Positions 31,201 through 44,624 of a DNA stretch of 64,000 nt are shown here, piece after piece. The stretch's first letter is position 1, and the number at the start of each line of letters is the position of its first letter. Made by a program: the position numbers and the translations under genes. The stretch lies in assembly GCA_002269645.1 (NCBI GenBank), contig NIVC01002241.1:62001-126000 (forward strand), given 5' to 3'. The stretch is from Macrostomum lignano. Lineage: Eukaryota. The notes beneath the pieces are model-generated. The model did no database searches. It worked only from the letters and a program-made list of their open reading frames with translations, and was not told where the DNA came from.

Positions 31201-33340
31201 GACAGGGAGAAAATGAGAAGGACAGGGAGAGAATGAGAAGGACAGGGAGAGAATGAGAAGGACAGGGAGAGAATGAGAAGGACAGGGAGAGAATGAGAAG
31301 GACAGGGAGAGAATGAGAAGGACAGGGAGAGAATGAGAAGGACAGGGAGAGAATGAGCAGGACGGGAAAGGACAGGGGAGGGTGAGAAGGATGGTGAGAG
31401 GGTGAGAAAGACAGGGAGAGAATGAGGACAGGGAGAGAATGAGAAGGACAGGGGTAGAATGAGGACAGGGAGAAAATGAGAAGGACAGGGAGAGAATGAG
31501 AAGGACAGGGAGAGAATGAAAAGGACAGGGAGAGAATGAGAAGGACAGGGAGAGAATGAGAAGGACAGGGAGAGAATGAAAAGGACAGGGAGAGAATGAA
31601 AAGGACAGGGAGAAAATGAGAAGGATGGTGAGATGGTGAGAAAGACAGGGAGAGAATGAGGACAGGGAGGGAATGAGAAGGACAGGGAGAGAATGAGAAG
31701 TACAGGGAGAGAATGAGAAGGACAGGGAGAGAATGAGAAGGACAGGGAGAGAATGAGAAGGACAGGGAGAGAATGAGAAGGACAGGGAGAGAATGAGAAG
31801 GACAGGGAGAGAATGAGAAGGACAGGGAGAGAATGAGAAGGACATGGAGAGAATGAGAAGGACAGGGAGAGATGAGAAGGACAGGGAGAGAATGAGAAGG
31901 ACAGGGAGAGATGAGAAGGACAGGGAGAAAATGAGAAGGACAGGGAGAGAATGAGAAGGACAGGGAGAGAATGAGAAGGACAGGGAGAAAATGAGAAGGA
32001 CAGGGAGAGAATGAGAAGGACAGGGAGAGAATGAGAAGGACAGGGAGAGAATGAGAAGGACAGGGAGAGAATGAGAAGGACAGGGAGAGAATGAGAAGGA
32101 CAGGGAGAGAATGAGAAGGACAGGGAGAGAATGAGCAGGACGGGAAAGGACAGGGGAGGGTGAGAAGGATGGTGAGAGGGTGAGAAAGACAGGGAGAGAA
32201 TGAGGACAGGGAGAGAATGAGAAGGACAGGGGTAGAATGAGGACAGGGAGAAAATGAGAAGGACAGGGAGAGAATGAGAAGGACAGGGAGAGAATGAAAA
32301 GGACAGGGAGAGAATGAGAAGGACAGGGAGAGAATGAGAAGGACAGGGAGAGAATGAAAAGGACAGGGAGAGAATGAAAAGGACAGGGAGAAAATGAGAA
32401 GGATGGTGAGATGGTGAGAAAGACAGGGAGAGAATGAGGACAGGGAGGGAATGAGAAGGACAGGGAGAGAATGAGAAGTACAGGGAGAGAATGAGAAGGA
32501 CAGGGAGAGAATGAGAAGGACAGGGAGAGAATGAGAAGGACAGGGAGAGAATGAGAAGGACAGGGAGAGAATGAGAAGGACAGGGAGAGAATGAGAAGGA
32601 CAGGGAGAGAATGAGAAGGACAGGGAGAAAATGAGAAGGATGGTGAGAGGGTGAGAAAGACAGGGAGAGAATGAGGACAGGGAGGGAATGAGAAGGACAG
32701 TGAGAGAATGAGAAGTACAGGGAGAGAATGAGAAGGACAGGGAGAGAATGAGAAGGACAGGGAGAGAATGAGAAAGACAGGGAGAGAATGAGAAGGACAG
32801 GGAGAGAATGAGAAGGACATGGAGAGAATGAGAAGGACAGGGAGAAAATGAGAAGGATGGTGAGAGGGTGAGAAAGACAGGGAGAGAATGAGGACAGGGA
32901 GGGAATGAGAAGGACAGGGAGAGAATGAGAAGGACAGGGAGGGAATGAGAAGGACAGGGAGGGAATGAGAAGGACAGGGAGGGAATGAGAAGGACGGGAA
33001 AGGACAGGGGAGGGTGAGAAGGATGGAGAGAGGGGTGAGAAGGATGGAGAGAGGGTGAGAAGGATGGAGAGTGAGTGAGAAGGATGGAGAGTGAGTGAGA
33101 AGGATGGAGAGTGAGTGAGAAGGATGGAGAGAGGGTGAGAAGGATGGAGAGAGGGTGAGAAGGATGGAGAGAGGGTGAGAAGGATGGAGAGTGAGTGAGA
33201 AGGATGGAGAGAGGGTGAGAAGGATGGAGAGAGGGTGAGAAGGATAGAGAGAGGGTGAGAAGGATGGAGAGTGAGTGAGAAGGATGGAGAGTGGGTGAGA
33301 AGGATGGAGAGTGGGTGAGAAGGATGGAGAGTGGGTGAGA
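28255..33340. repeat. ~5.1-kb purine-rich 19-20-bp satellite (GAGAATGAGAAGGACAGGGA) with higher-order structure
   Basis: More than 200 tandem units; shifts to GAGGGTGAGAAGGATGGAGA at the right end. Confidence 0.97.
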
Positions 33341-34879
33341 ACGAGAAGAAAATCAGATGTTATTCAGCAATATAATGCGAAAAAAAATTGGTCCAATCGA
33401 TTAATTCAAACGGAACGCAAGCACTCAGACTAAGGAACTTGATGCGATGTCCCTTGGATCGGCAGTCTAATCTTGCCTCAATAATTTCCCAGTTTGATGT
33501 TAGATAGCTCGAATCCCCACTCGAATGCCGCAGATCGACAGATCCATGGAAGCCACAGATCCCCCGAAAATAGCAAACTTGGCAGGCAATTTCGGAGCAA
33601 CAAATTTGGTGGGGGGGTGGGGGTAAAAAGCTGCCCAAGAATTGGCTATTTCTGAGTAAAACGATTCCTCTCTAAAACTCAATTTCTTTCTTGTTCTGTC
33701 CGTCCGGCTGTCCCGCTCCGCTGAGGCACCAGCCAATGGATCAGCCGTTAAACGGCTCAGATAAAAGGGAATTGGGTGTTAGCGACTGGGATTTGGGAGA
33801 AGCGCCAGCGGTCGAGGATCATCCCTCCCAAATCCGAGGCTTCCTTTGAGGAATTTTTTGCTGGTCTCCTCAAAGTCCTGAATAAATCTGGCAGTTGTGA
33901 CAGCCAGTCAATTAGGCATTCAGCCGGGCTGCTCAGAGATAAGGCCCGACTGTCCAGATGATACTGATGAGGCAATTCTGGATTTGAAGATCCGCCTGTG
34001 TCCATTGGGTTAAAAGAGATTCTCAATGGAACGCATAGAACACTGGAAATAAGCGAATGGGGCTCAGCTGAGAGAGCAGTCAGATCGAGGTGCGCAACCG
34101 TTGTGCAAGCAGAGGCCGGCTGTAACCCAAGCCGCTGCGCCCTCCTCCGCTTCATCCGATCCCAATTATTGAGCTCCCCCCACCCCCTCGGAGAAAAAAT
34201 TGAGAAGTTCGGTGGGAGCTCAGCTCGAATCTTGACTGCGCAACCTCGCCCTGACCAGCGCGGGCACGAGTGTCTTGTGTCGGCCGAGTCTTGGTTCTTC
34301 AATTCCTACGAACCCACGATCCCCAATTCTCCCATTATAGCGGCCCCCGAAAACACAGTTGCGCAAGCTTTAGCGGTGGCGTCGCTTCGAGTTATGAAAA
34401 ATCATCTTTCTAATTCTCATCCCCAGCGCAATCACTCGGACTGTCCCCTGCCGCAAAAACGCGCGTACTTGGACAGGGTTGCGCAGTCGGGATGAGGCGT
34501 CTGGGACACGCGCCAGCATAATAGCGCTGAGCCGTGAGCTCATATTATTTAACTAGCGCGATGCGGGCCACGCGCGAGTCTGAGCTGCCCCCTGGGGGGA
34601 AGGGTTGGGAATGGCATGCGAGCAGGTGAGAATTAGTTAGTTGAGAGGGGCCAAGAAGCTTTGAACTCGATGAGGTGGACTTTTAATATGAGGCTGAATC
34701 CTTCTGTTTAGTTCCGCTACGGAGCGGTGACGCAGGCTGCTGTCTGATCCTGGCAACAATCTTCTAAAGACAAATTTTCAAAATCTTTCCTGGTTGTCGG
34801 CTTTAAAAAAACTTACGCCAAGAATCGTCATTGTCTTAATGAATTGTCTTAACGGCGGCCAAAGCTGGTGTCGCAGCAA

Positions 34880-35490
34880 TGTCTTAGTGGCGGCGCCAAA
34901 AGTGTCCTAACGGCGCCAAAAGTGTCCCAGCGGCGCCAAAAGTGTCCCAGCGGAGCGAAAAGTGTCCCAGCGGAGCCAAAAGAGTCCAAGCAGCGCCCAA
35001 AATGCCTTAGTGGCGCTAAAAGTGTCTCAGTAACGCCAAAAGTGTCTCATTAGGGTCAAAGTTGTCCAAGCGGCGCCAAAAGGGTCCCAGCGGCGCCAAA
35101 AGGGTCCCAGCGGCGCCAAAAGTGTCCCAGCGGCGCCAAAAGTGTCCCAGCGGCGAAAAATGCCTTAGTGGCGCCAAAAGTGTCTCAGTAATGCCAAAAG
35201 AGTCCTAATGGCGCCAAAAAGGATCCAAGCGGCGCCAAAAGGGTCCCAGCGGCGCCAAAAGGGTCCAAGCAGCGCCAAAAGGGTCCCAGCGGCGCCAAAA
35301 GGGTTCAAGCGGCGAAAAAAATGCCTTAGTGGCGCCAAAAGTGTCTCAGTAACGCCAAAAGTGTCCCAACGGCGCCAAAAGGGTCCCAGCGGTGCTAAAA
35401 GTGTCCTAGCAGCGCAAAAAATGCCTTAGTGGCGCCAAAAGTGTTTTGGTAACGCAAAAAGTGTGTCATTGGCGCTAAAAGTGTCTTAGG
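34880..35490. repeat. Degenerate ~20-bp repeat (GGCGCCAAAAGTGTCCCAGC)
   Basis: Recurring GGCGCCAAAA core. Confidence 0.9.
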
Positions 35491-36089
35491 GGCCCAGCAT
35501 CGTCTATGGTTATTTTAACGCATCAGAAAACAGGAACAGGAACAGAAAAATCTCGTTCAAGATACAAAGAATCGCACATGCAACACAGAAATCTACGCGT
35601 GAGTGGTGTGAATAGCGAATCATTCACGTTTATATGGTGACTTAAAGTTCCTGATCACGCGCTGAAACTGGCGTCTCCTGCGCTGAGCAATAAAAATCGT
35701 GTCCCCCCCAGGGGGTAGACGCGGTGCCAACATGCCCCCTCTCTACCTGAGTTCGAAAACTGGCAGTCATATTCCCTAGTAGGTCAAATATTTGCCTTCA
35801 TGCCGCAACAGAGGGGATAAATTATAGATCTGTGCCTGCGCATCGGGCTGTCAAAGGACCTTGGCCGGACGGCGGATGTGGCGCAACACACCAGATCCCA
35901 GAAAACGTGACCCCGCCGATTTCTACTTTCTACTAATAATAATTCAGCTTTTTGACAATCAGTTTCCGTCCCGAAATATTTGGACCATCAAATATTTGAT
36001 TACAATGGGTCTCTGCTTTGTTGATTGATTCCATTTGATTGACAAACTGACCGGCTTGACCGCATCTGCAGTTGGGATAGCGAGTCTGC

Positions 36090-36430
36090 AGCTGTACTTG
36101 TTCTTGTACTTGTTTCTCTAATCTGTACTTATTCCTGTACTTTTTTCTTTAATCTGTACTTATCCCTGTACCAGCTTCTTTAATCTGTACTTGCTCCTGT
36201 ACTTGCTTCTTTAATCCGTACTTGTTCCTGTACTAGCTTCTTTTATCTGTACTTGTTCCTGTACCAATTTCAGTACTTATGCCTGCATTTTTATATATTT
36301 GTGTCTGTTCCTATGTCTGTACTTCTTTATATACTTGCTATTGTTTTATATATGTATCTTCACCCGAGTTCCCGAATCTGTACTCACTTATGTTAATTTG
36401 TATGTACTTGTTCCTGTACCTGATCTTGTA
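36090..36430. repeat. Degenerate repeat with TGTACTTGTTCC core
   Basis: Recurring CTGTACTT motif. Confidence 0.65.
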
Positions 36431-37454
36431 TTTTAATTGTTGAATTCTTAATTGTGTTTTTTGTACGATTTTACAATCGCGTGTCATCTACACCTGTAAC
36501 GATTCCAGTTTCTCTAACTATTACTGTATATGCGCACCTGGATCCCGGTTATGTACATGTTTTGTACAAGTGTTATGTTTATGTATTATCCACACATGTT
36601 ATGCGCATGTGTTATGCGCATGTGTTATGTATATGTGTGTTATACACTTATTCGCACATGCATAGTACTAATTTAAGCCATACAGCTTCTAACAAACTGA
36701 TTCATTGCTAATTTTCTGTTAATACTCCGCTCGAATCTGAGCAGCCCCACCCTGCTCTCATCCCTTGAGGGGATTCGAATTGAGCATTCGATAGTTGGAG
36801 ATTTCCGGGCACCGGCTGCACCCGGGATAGAGACCGGAGCCCCGATGGGATCAGCAGAGACTGCGGAACGGGAGAAGCTCCTTAAAACCAAAACTCCCTC
36901 CTATTTTAGAATTATTGAAAGGCCCACACGAGATCGGCCGAGGAGGCCATAAAAGTGGACACTCTACAATTAGCCAATAAAAACTTTTCAACACGACAGG
37001 CTGGGCGGGCGAGTCGCCCCCAGCCTATCCCGCGCGTCATAAATTGATGAAGGGGAGAATGGCAGAATCACAGCCAGCCTCCGAGAGTCTGTGTGTCGTG
37101 TTGCACAATCCGCCACCTGACCCGTTGCGCTAAAAAAGCCAGATGGCCGCCCTGGTCAGCGCGCAGGAGACAAGGGGATCTGTGTGAGCATTTTGCCACG
37201 GTTAAGCCGCTGAAGTTTTATCGTCCTGGTTTATCAGCTTCCAGGCTTGAAGAGCTTCTGTTCAATGAACAGTTACAGCCGTCACGCCCATAAATACAAT
37301 GGATAGATATTTGAGCAGCCTTCTCTCATCTGCATCTCTCGCCCTTCTCAGTCATTGCTCCGTTATCTTTCCCATTGGTGTAGGTTTTTTGTGAAATTTA
37401 CATGTCTACTCAACTGGCAACATATGGCAATGTTGTGATGTTGTCTCTCTATTC

Positions 37455-37830
37455 TAGCCCTCTGTATCTCACCCTCTCTCCCTCTGTATCTCACCCTCTT
37501 TCCCTCTATATCTCATCCATCTCTATCTCTATCTCACCCTCTCTCCCTCTGTATCTCACCCTCTCTCCCTCTATATCTCATCCATCTCTATCTCTATCTC
37601 ACCCTCTCTCCCTCTGTATCTCACCCTCTCTCCCTCTATATCTCATCCATCTCTATCTCTATCTCACCCTCTCTCCCTCTATCTCACCCTCTCTCCCTCT
37701 ATATCTCATCCATCTCTATCTCTATCTCACCCTCTCTCCCTCTATCTCACCCTCTCTCCCTCTATATCTCATCCATCTCTATCTCTATCTCACCCTCCCT
37801 CCCTCTCTATCTCACCCCTCTCTCTCTCTA
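37455..37830. repeat. CT-rich tandem repeat (ATCTCACCCTCTCTCCCTCT variants)
   Basis: Pyrimidine-rich repeated units. Confidence 0.85.
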
Positions 37831-38924
37831 TATTTAACCTCACCTATTTTACCCCGATCTAACCTTCTCCATCTCATACTTTCCCTCTCCCCATCTCAAT
37901 TTCTCGCTCCCCTAATATCATCAGTATTTTTGTGTCCACTATTTTCTCCATAGACGCGAGCTGCTGCCTCTTTCTGTTGCGCAATCTTGCAAACCGCCGC
38001 CCCGCCCCCCCCCGCCCTCTGGACGAGGAAGGGGTCTCAAAAACGAGGCAAGATCGAGTAGCAGCCATCTGCCAGTCTCCCCGATCTCCCCTGTATGTCT
38101 ATGGCCTGAGCCTCGCAGACTCTGGATGCTTGAATGACGCCGGATCGATAGAGCAGGGGGAGCTCTGCTTTGCAGCTTCTGGAAGGCTTTGGGTCAGTTA
38201 GAGATGAAGAAGTTTTTGTTTTCCCATGGAGTTCCCCATCCACAACAGATGGAAGGCTTTGAGGCTCTGTCCACTGGGGAACCCCAGCGCTTTTTTCCGC
38301 CTGCTTGGCGCGCGCGCGCTTCAAGAGGTCCGCGTATCGTGCTATCTGCTTTTGCCTCATCATTTAAAAAAAATCATTCTCCCTCAATCTCCGCTACCCC
38401 AATTGACTCAATCTCGAGAGTCGGACGAGCGTGCGAACTCTCAAGAGGTGAGCAGCCCAGCCGAGAGAGGAGTTTGGAGAAGGCTCATCTGGGAAAGACA
38501 CGACTTTCTCATAACCGAACGAATATTGCGCAGAACAATCAGTGAACTGAAATCTCTGGAACATGGTGTCTTCGATCTAGGTTTTTGGAATGGAAACTTT
38601 CGATTGAATGTTGCTTTAGGAAGATGGACAAAAAAGTGCGCAGGATGTAAAGAAGATAGTTACTCGTAATGTAGAGTAAAAAACTATAGCCCTCCAGCAA
38701 ATATTTTTTTAAGAAAATCTAAACAGACTTTCAAATCTGATTGGTGTGGTGACAGCCTACAGTATATTTGTGTACGAGGCCCTCACAATCAACAAGCACC
38801 CATGCTTAATATACCTTTTGCGACGTGTAAAGTTCGGGATTTCACACTGATAATTCCCCTTATTAATTTTTTCAGGCCTTTTTAAAGCTCCGTTATATGA
38901 ACGCTGTTGACAGCTCACTGTTTC

Positions 38925-39095
38925 AGGGGCGCTGATTCAGGGGTGCTGATTCAGGGGTGCTGATTCAGGGGTGTTGGTTCAAGGGTGGTGATTCAGGGGT
39001 GCTGATTCAGGGGTGTTGGTTCAGGGGTGGTGATTCAGGGGTGCTGATTCAGGGGTGCTGATTCAGGGGTGTTGGTTCAGGGGTGGTGATTCAGG
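38925..39095. repeat. 14-bp repeat (GGGGTGCTGATTCA)
   Basis: About 12 units. Confidence 0.9.
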
Positions 39096-40454
39096 GGTAC
39101 TGTTCTTGAGGCGCTGTACCTAATAATTAAATTTAATTGACTAGCAGCTTCAATCGAGGAAAACATATTGATTAACTTTGAAACAACTAAAAACATGATG
39201 GAGTCCAAGATATATTCTGCTCCTAGAGCTCCTTGCTGGGGGCATTCACAATAGATGAAGTCCAGCAGGGAGGCTGGAAGGCTGAGTAGTAGATGAAGGA
39301 CTGATCGCATGAAACTGAAGCCACTTCAAGAGACAAAGCAGCTAAAGAATTGATGAAAAAAAATTGAGAAAGAAAATTTGTTCAACATTTTGCACTGAGA
39401 TTGAGCTGTCTCTGGAGTTAATAACGTATGAGAAATCACGAATTAAGGAAGCTCTCTGAGAAGGCCTCATCACTATAGCGTATTTAAAAACCCGGCGGGA
39501 CATCTGTTTTACCCACCTCTCCCCCCTCCCGCGGGCTTTAAATTAATGAAAAATGATGGCGCAACCGCGCCGCATCCATGCGGGAGCCAACAGAAATGGG
39601 GGAGAATATTCTAGATCAGTCCCAGACCGGGCCTCACCCGCTGGAAGAGGAGATGCGGTTGCGTCAGCAGGTCCTTTCTTTATACAGACGGCGAACCGTC
39701 GCTGTCAAAAAATTATAAGCGCCGCCGAAAAATGCGAATGACAAAAATTTAATACTTTGCGTCCGACCGTCTGTCTGCCTGTCCTGCACTGTTGCGTCAG
39801 CGCGCATGCAGGCTTCTCGGATCCTCCGCAATCAATCAATAATGGATCTGGAGCAGTGTCAATCGCGACTTCGCCACTGTGTGTATACAGCATTGCATTT
39901 GTTTTCTCGCGAGCTAAAAATAGCTGTGCTGTGTGCTGTGTGTGCCTGCCAAAAGGTTGATCTCCGCCTTAAATCCCACCAACAATGCCTGTTGCGACAT
40001 CATTCAGGTCCTGCTCTCTGTCCGCTAATGAGGAAGGCTCTCTGTTTATAGTGGGGCGAGTGACTTCCAGTGTGTCTGCGGTGCAGAAATCTGATAGCGC
40101 CTGCTAGTCTTTGTGTCCGTAGTCTCTGGGGCATCGGTACCTGGCTTTTTGGTGTATTGCGATAGTTTGCGCAACCGCTGTAGCGTCGATTGCTGCATGG
40201 CCGAAACAATGGCTCATCTATCTATCTTGATTTCAGTTCGATCCAGTGCCAGCTCGCAAGCGAGAAGTCAATGTCCGATTGTAAAATATACAAACTGGTT
40301 CATTTTCGAATTCAAACTTTGATCTGTTGGAACAGATAATTGAGCTAATTTATTGTTATTCTTAGAATTGAAGAAGCGTTTAAATAGCTGGGACTCCCCT
40401 TAGTCGATTCGTGCAGGTAGTTTTGTAGAAATTGTTTTTGCGCCTGTGTAGAGA

Positions 40455-41380
40455 TGTTTTGGCGTCTTTTTGTAGATTGATTTGGCGCCTTTTTATAGAT
40501 GATTTGTCGTCTTTTTGTAGATTGATTTGGCGCCTTTTGTAGATTGATTTGGCGCCTTTTTGTAGATTGATTTGGCGCCTTTTTGTAGATTGATTTGGCG
40601 CCTTTTTGTAGATTGATTTGGCGCCTTTTGTAGATTGATTTGGCGCCTTTTTGTAGATTGATTTGGCGCCTTTTTGTAGATTGATTTGGCGCCTTTTTGT
40701 AGATTGATTCGGCGCCTTTTTGTAGATTGATTTGGCGCCTTTTTGTAGATTGATATGGCGCCTTTTTGTAGATTGAATTGGCGTCTATTTGTAGATTGAT
40801 TTGGCGCCTTTTAGTAGGTTGATTTGGCGCCCATTTGTAGATTGACTTGGCGCCTTTTAGTAGGTTAATTTGGCGCCCATTTTTAGATTGATTTGGCGTC
40901 TTTTTGTAGATTGATTTGGCGCCCATTTGTAGATTGATTTGGCGTCCTTTTGTAGATTGATTTGGTGCCTTTTTGTAGATTGATTTGGCGCCTTTTTGTA
41001 GATTGATTTGGCGCCTTTTTGTAGATTGATTCGGCGCCTTTTTTAGATTGATGTGGCGATTTGTAGTTTGATCTGGAGTCTATTTGTGGATTGAATTGGC
41101 GCCTTTGTAGAAATTGAATTTCCGCCTATTTGTAGATTGATTTGGCGCTTTTAGTAGGCTGATTTGGCGCCTTTTATAGATTGATTTGGCGCCTATTTGT
41201 AGATTTATTTGGCGTCTATTTGTAGATTGATTAGGCTTCTTTTTGTAGTTTGATCTGGCGCCCTTATACAGATTAATCTGGCGCCTTTGTACAGATTGAT
41301 TTGGCATTTTTGAGATTGATTTGGCGCCTTTGTACAGATTGATTTGGCATTTTTGAGATTGATTTGGCGCCTTTATACGG
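40455..41380. repeat. 22-23-bp repeat (TTTTGTAGATTGATTTGGCGCC)
   Basis: About 40 tandem units. Confidence 0.93.
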
Positions 41381-42656
41381 ATCAATGTGCCCGTGAGATG
41401 AGGGATTTTTAGCCTTATTTGAGATTGGGCTACTTTATCTGTCAGATTTTAATCGTATAAAATCGTAGCTCTTTAGAATTATTTTCGGTTTAAAATGATC
41501 GTCAGAATGACTTGTAAATCACTCCGATGAAGTTCACGCTACTCACATAAGTAGCCAGGAACAGCATTTAAATGCCACAATTGGCTCTGCATGGTTGATA
41601 AGAAAATATAATTCTCGTGTGTTGTAGTTGCGCTTTAGAATAGATGATACACAATAATGTAGTTATGTATTTGATCTTGCACATCTCGAATCCATATATA
41701 CGAGTTTTATTGAGATGAAATTCGATTAATTCGCGCAGAAAATAACAAATCAGCATAATCATCCTTGACGGCACAGGTGCAATGCATATCGACGCTAATT
41801 AATGGCTCAATTGAAACTATTTCTAATAGATCAATTCAAATTTAGGCGGAAAATTGTTGCAACTAAAACAAAAAGTAGAGATACAACAGCATGCTGACAG
41901 TGGATAAAATGACAGTGACAATTTGTTACTTCAAGCAATTTAGCCTAAATTTAAAATAAAATTTCAAACGAACTCAGCCTCTATAAGCGAGAAAATATTT
42001 TCGAAGAAAGCAACTTTCACCGAGTATAACAAACTAAAAAATAGCTTACGTCTTCGTGCGCAAGTTCCAGTACGAACAAATGGCATTATCTATTAGCAAT
42101 GGCAAGAATTGCCACCAGTTATTTACTTCACCACAATTGTATTATCAAAATTCAAATGAATTGCTGCTGTACAAAGTGTTGAAAATAAACTGCAGTTGAA
42201 ATTCGCACTGACGCAGTTGTGTTTGGCTCTGGGCCTGGCTGGGAGGCCTCACTTGCTGCTGTCTGGGTCGGCGCTCTCAGTCGGCTGCAATAAAGATATA
42301 CGGGCTACAGATGAGTCTATCAGCTTGTTGCAAAAGTGCTATCTATGTGCGTTGTAAAACGGCGGCAAGTTCAAAGGAGGGGGTGTGTCTTGACGCTTCA
42401 TTCAGTTGTTTTTTAGAGTAAGCTGGAAAAAAAGACACCATTTTGAGTCAAGTGGTGGTGCACGAGCAGCCCGAGCGATTACACGCGGTCAGTCACGTGG
42501 TATCATTCACGTGACTGATATCATTATGGTCGAGTGCAATTAGACCATGGAAATTTCCAGTTCCATGAACGTATAACGGAGGGAGTGTGAATTAGGGAGA
42601 GACAATGAGAGGGCGGGAGAGACGGTCACGTGATAAATATAACTAAATTTAATAGG

Positions 42657-44624
42657 TCAATGGAAATTTCCATTCAAAACAGCTGCCACACTGCTCACCG
42701 CTTCTCGCGTCCTCTGGCCGTACTTGCTCCAGAAGGTGACCTTAGCCGTTCTCGGCTTGCCAGTATTCTCATCGAAGCAGTGGCACTCAGAGTAGGGCGG
42801 TATGTACAGGTGCAGGGTGATCGCCGAGTCCACGTGGGACGGGTTCTCAACCCGGTGTAGGCCGATGGTGTCTGCGAATGGCGCATGCGGCTTTAGCTAT
42901 TATTTTGAGTTTGAGTTCTAGATAGATGCGGTGTAGATAACTGGGGAGGGAGAGACAGTTTGAGGGAGGGAGAGACGGTGTGAGGGAGGGAGAGACAGTT
43001 TGAGGGAGGGAGAGACAGTTTGAGGGAGGGAGAGACAGTTTGAGGGAGGGAGAGACAGTTTGAGGGAGGGAGAGACAGTTTGAGGGAGGGAGAGAGTGTG
43101 AGGGAAGTAAATACAGTTTGAGGGAGGGAGAGAGTGTGAGGGAAGTAAATACAGCTTGAGGGAGGGAGAGTGTGAGGGAGGTAGAGACAGTTTGTGGGAG
43201 GGAGAGTTGTGAGGGAGGTAGAGACAGTTTGAGGGAGGGAGAGAGTGTGAGGGAGGTAGAGACAGTTTGAGGGAGGGAGAGTGTGAGGGAGGTAGAGACA
43301 GTTTGAGGGAGGGAGAGTGTGAGGGAGGTAGAGACAGCTTGAGGGAGGGAGAGTGTGAGGGAGGTAGAGACAGTTTGTGGGAGGGAGAGTTGTGAGGGAG
43401 GTAGAGACAGTTTGAGGGAGGGAGAGTTGTGAGGGAGGTAGAGACAGTTTGAGGGAGGGAGAGTTGTGAGGGAGGTAGAGACAGTTTGAGGGAGGGAGAG
43501 AGTGTGAGGGAGGTAGAGACAGTTTGAGGGAGGGAGAGAGTGTGAGGGAGGTAGAGACAGTTTGAGGGAGGGAGAGAGTGTGAGGGTAGAGACAGTTTGA
43601 GGGAGGGAGAGAGTGTGAGGGAGGGAGAGAGTGTGAGGGAGGGAGAGAGTGTGAGGGAGGGAGAGAGTGTGAGGGAGGGAGAGAGTGTGAGGGAGGGAGA
43701 GAGTTGTGAGGGAGGTAGAGACAGTTTGAGGGAGGGAGAGAGTGTGAGGGAGGTAGAGACAGTTTGAGGGAGGGAGAGAGTGTGAGGGAGGTAGAGACAG
43801 TTTGAGGGAGGGAGAGAGTGTGAGGGTAGAGACAGTTTGAGGGAGGGAGAGAGTGTGAGGGAGGGAGAGAGTGTGAGGGAGGGAGAGAGTGTGAGGGAGG
43901 TAGAGACAGTTTGAGGGAGGGAGAGAGTGTGAGGGAGGTAGAGACAGTTTGAGGGAGGGAGAGAGTGTGAGGGTAGAGACAGTTTGAGGGAGGGAGAGAG
44001 TGTGAGGGAGGGAGAGAGTGTGAGGGAGGGAGAGAGTGTGAGGGAGGGAGAGACAGTTTGAGGGAGGGAGAGGAGATTCAAAGAGGAAAGATGGTGAGAG
44101 ATGAGAGAGAAAATGGAAGTGACGCCGAAAGTTCATGGTGCCCAGCTGTTCACCTACTCACCATCAATATAGGCGCACTGATCGAGCATGAGCTCGGTAG
44201 TCTGTTTCCGCTTCATCGGCTGGCCCTTCTTAGCCGGCCAGTAATACTGAGTCTCAATCAAGGATCCCTGCAGCACCTTCATGAAGCAGTGGCTATTTGC
44301 GTGGTCGTGTATAGACGAGCCCTGGCCTTCGTTCCAGCACAACAGCATCATGTTGTACTTGCCGTTGCCCTCGCTGACCAGGTTGCGAGTGTACCTGTGC
44401 GGATCGAATTTGGCATAGGCGCGCCAGTCAGCCGGGTTGCTCTTGTACGACTCCATCAGGGCGTGCACGTAGTCGACATTGACCGTGTCCTCGCTGAATA
44501 TCTTGTCGACCTCGGCGATCAGCTCAACCAGGTTGGCCGGCCGCACTACGGCCTTCTCGTCTCGGTATTTCATGGGAACTCGCATGCCTACATGCTCGTC
44601 CGAGTGTACAAGAATATTGTCCAT
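42657..44624 (-). CDS. CDO1: Cysteine dioxygenase type 1: join(complement 44162..44624, 42657..42871), about 225 aa
   Basis: YTRNLV...[27 protein letters not shown] and, after a phase-1 splice, [27 protein letters not shown]...TFWSKYG: iron-binding HDH...H and LHLY motifs of CDO. A further short 3' exon (possible donor GCG|GTGAGC) is not excluded. Confidence 0.95.
42940..44075. repeat. GA-rich compound minisatellite (GAGGGAGGGAGAGACAGTTT / GAGGGAGGGAGAGAGTGT) filling the CDO intron
   Basis: Tandem units between the two CDO exons. Confidence 0.93.

Noticed and set aside
27991-32820. 1609-aa ORF
   Set aside because: Translation of the pyrimidine strand of the satellite; no stop codons are possible in most units.
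33400-34560. ORFs of 165-181 aa as retrotransposon remnants (also 38037..38669)
   Set aside because: No RT, endonuclease, integrase or recombinase motif found in the frames read; left as unclassified unique sequence.
42847-44136. 429-aa and 387-aa Ser/Leu/Pro ORFs
   Set aside because: Derived from the CT-rich intron of CDO, bounded by good splice sites.
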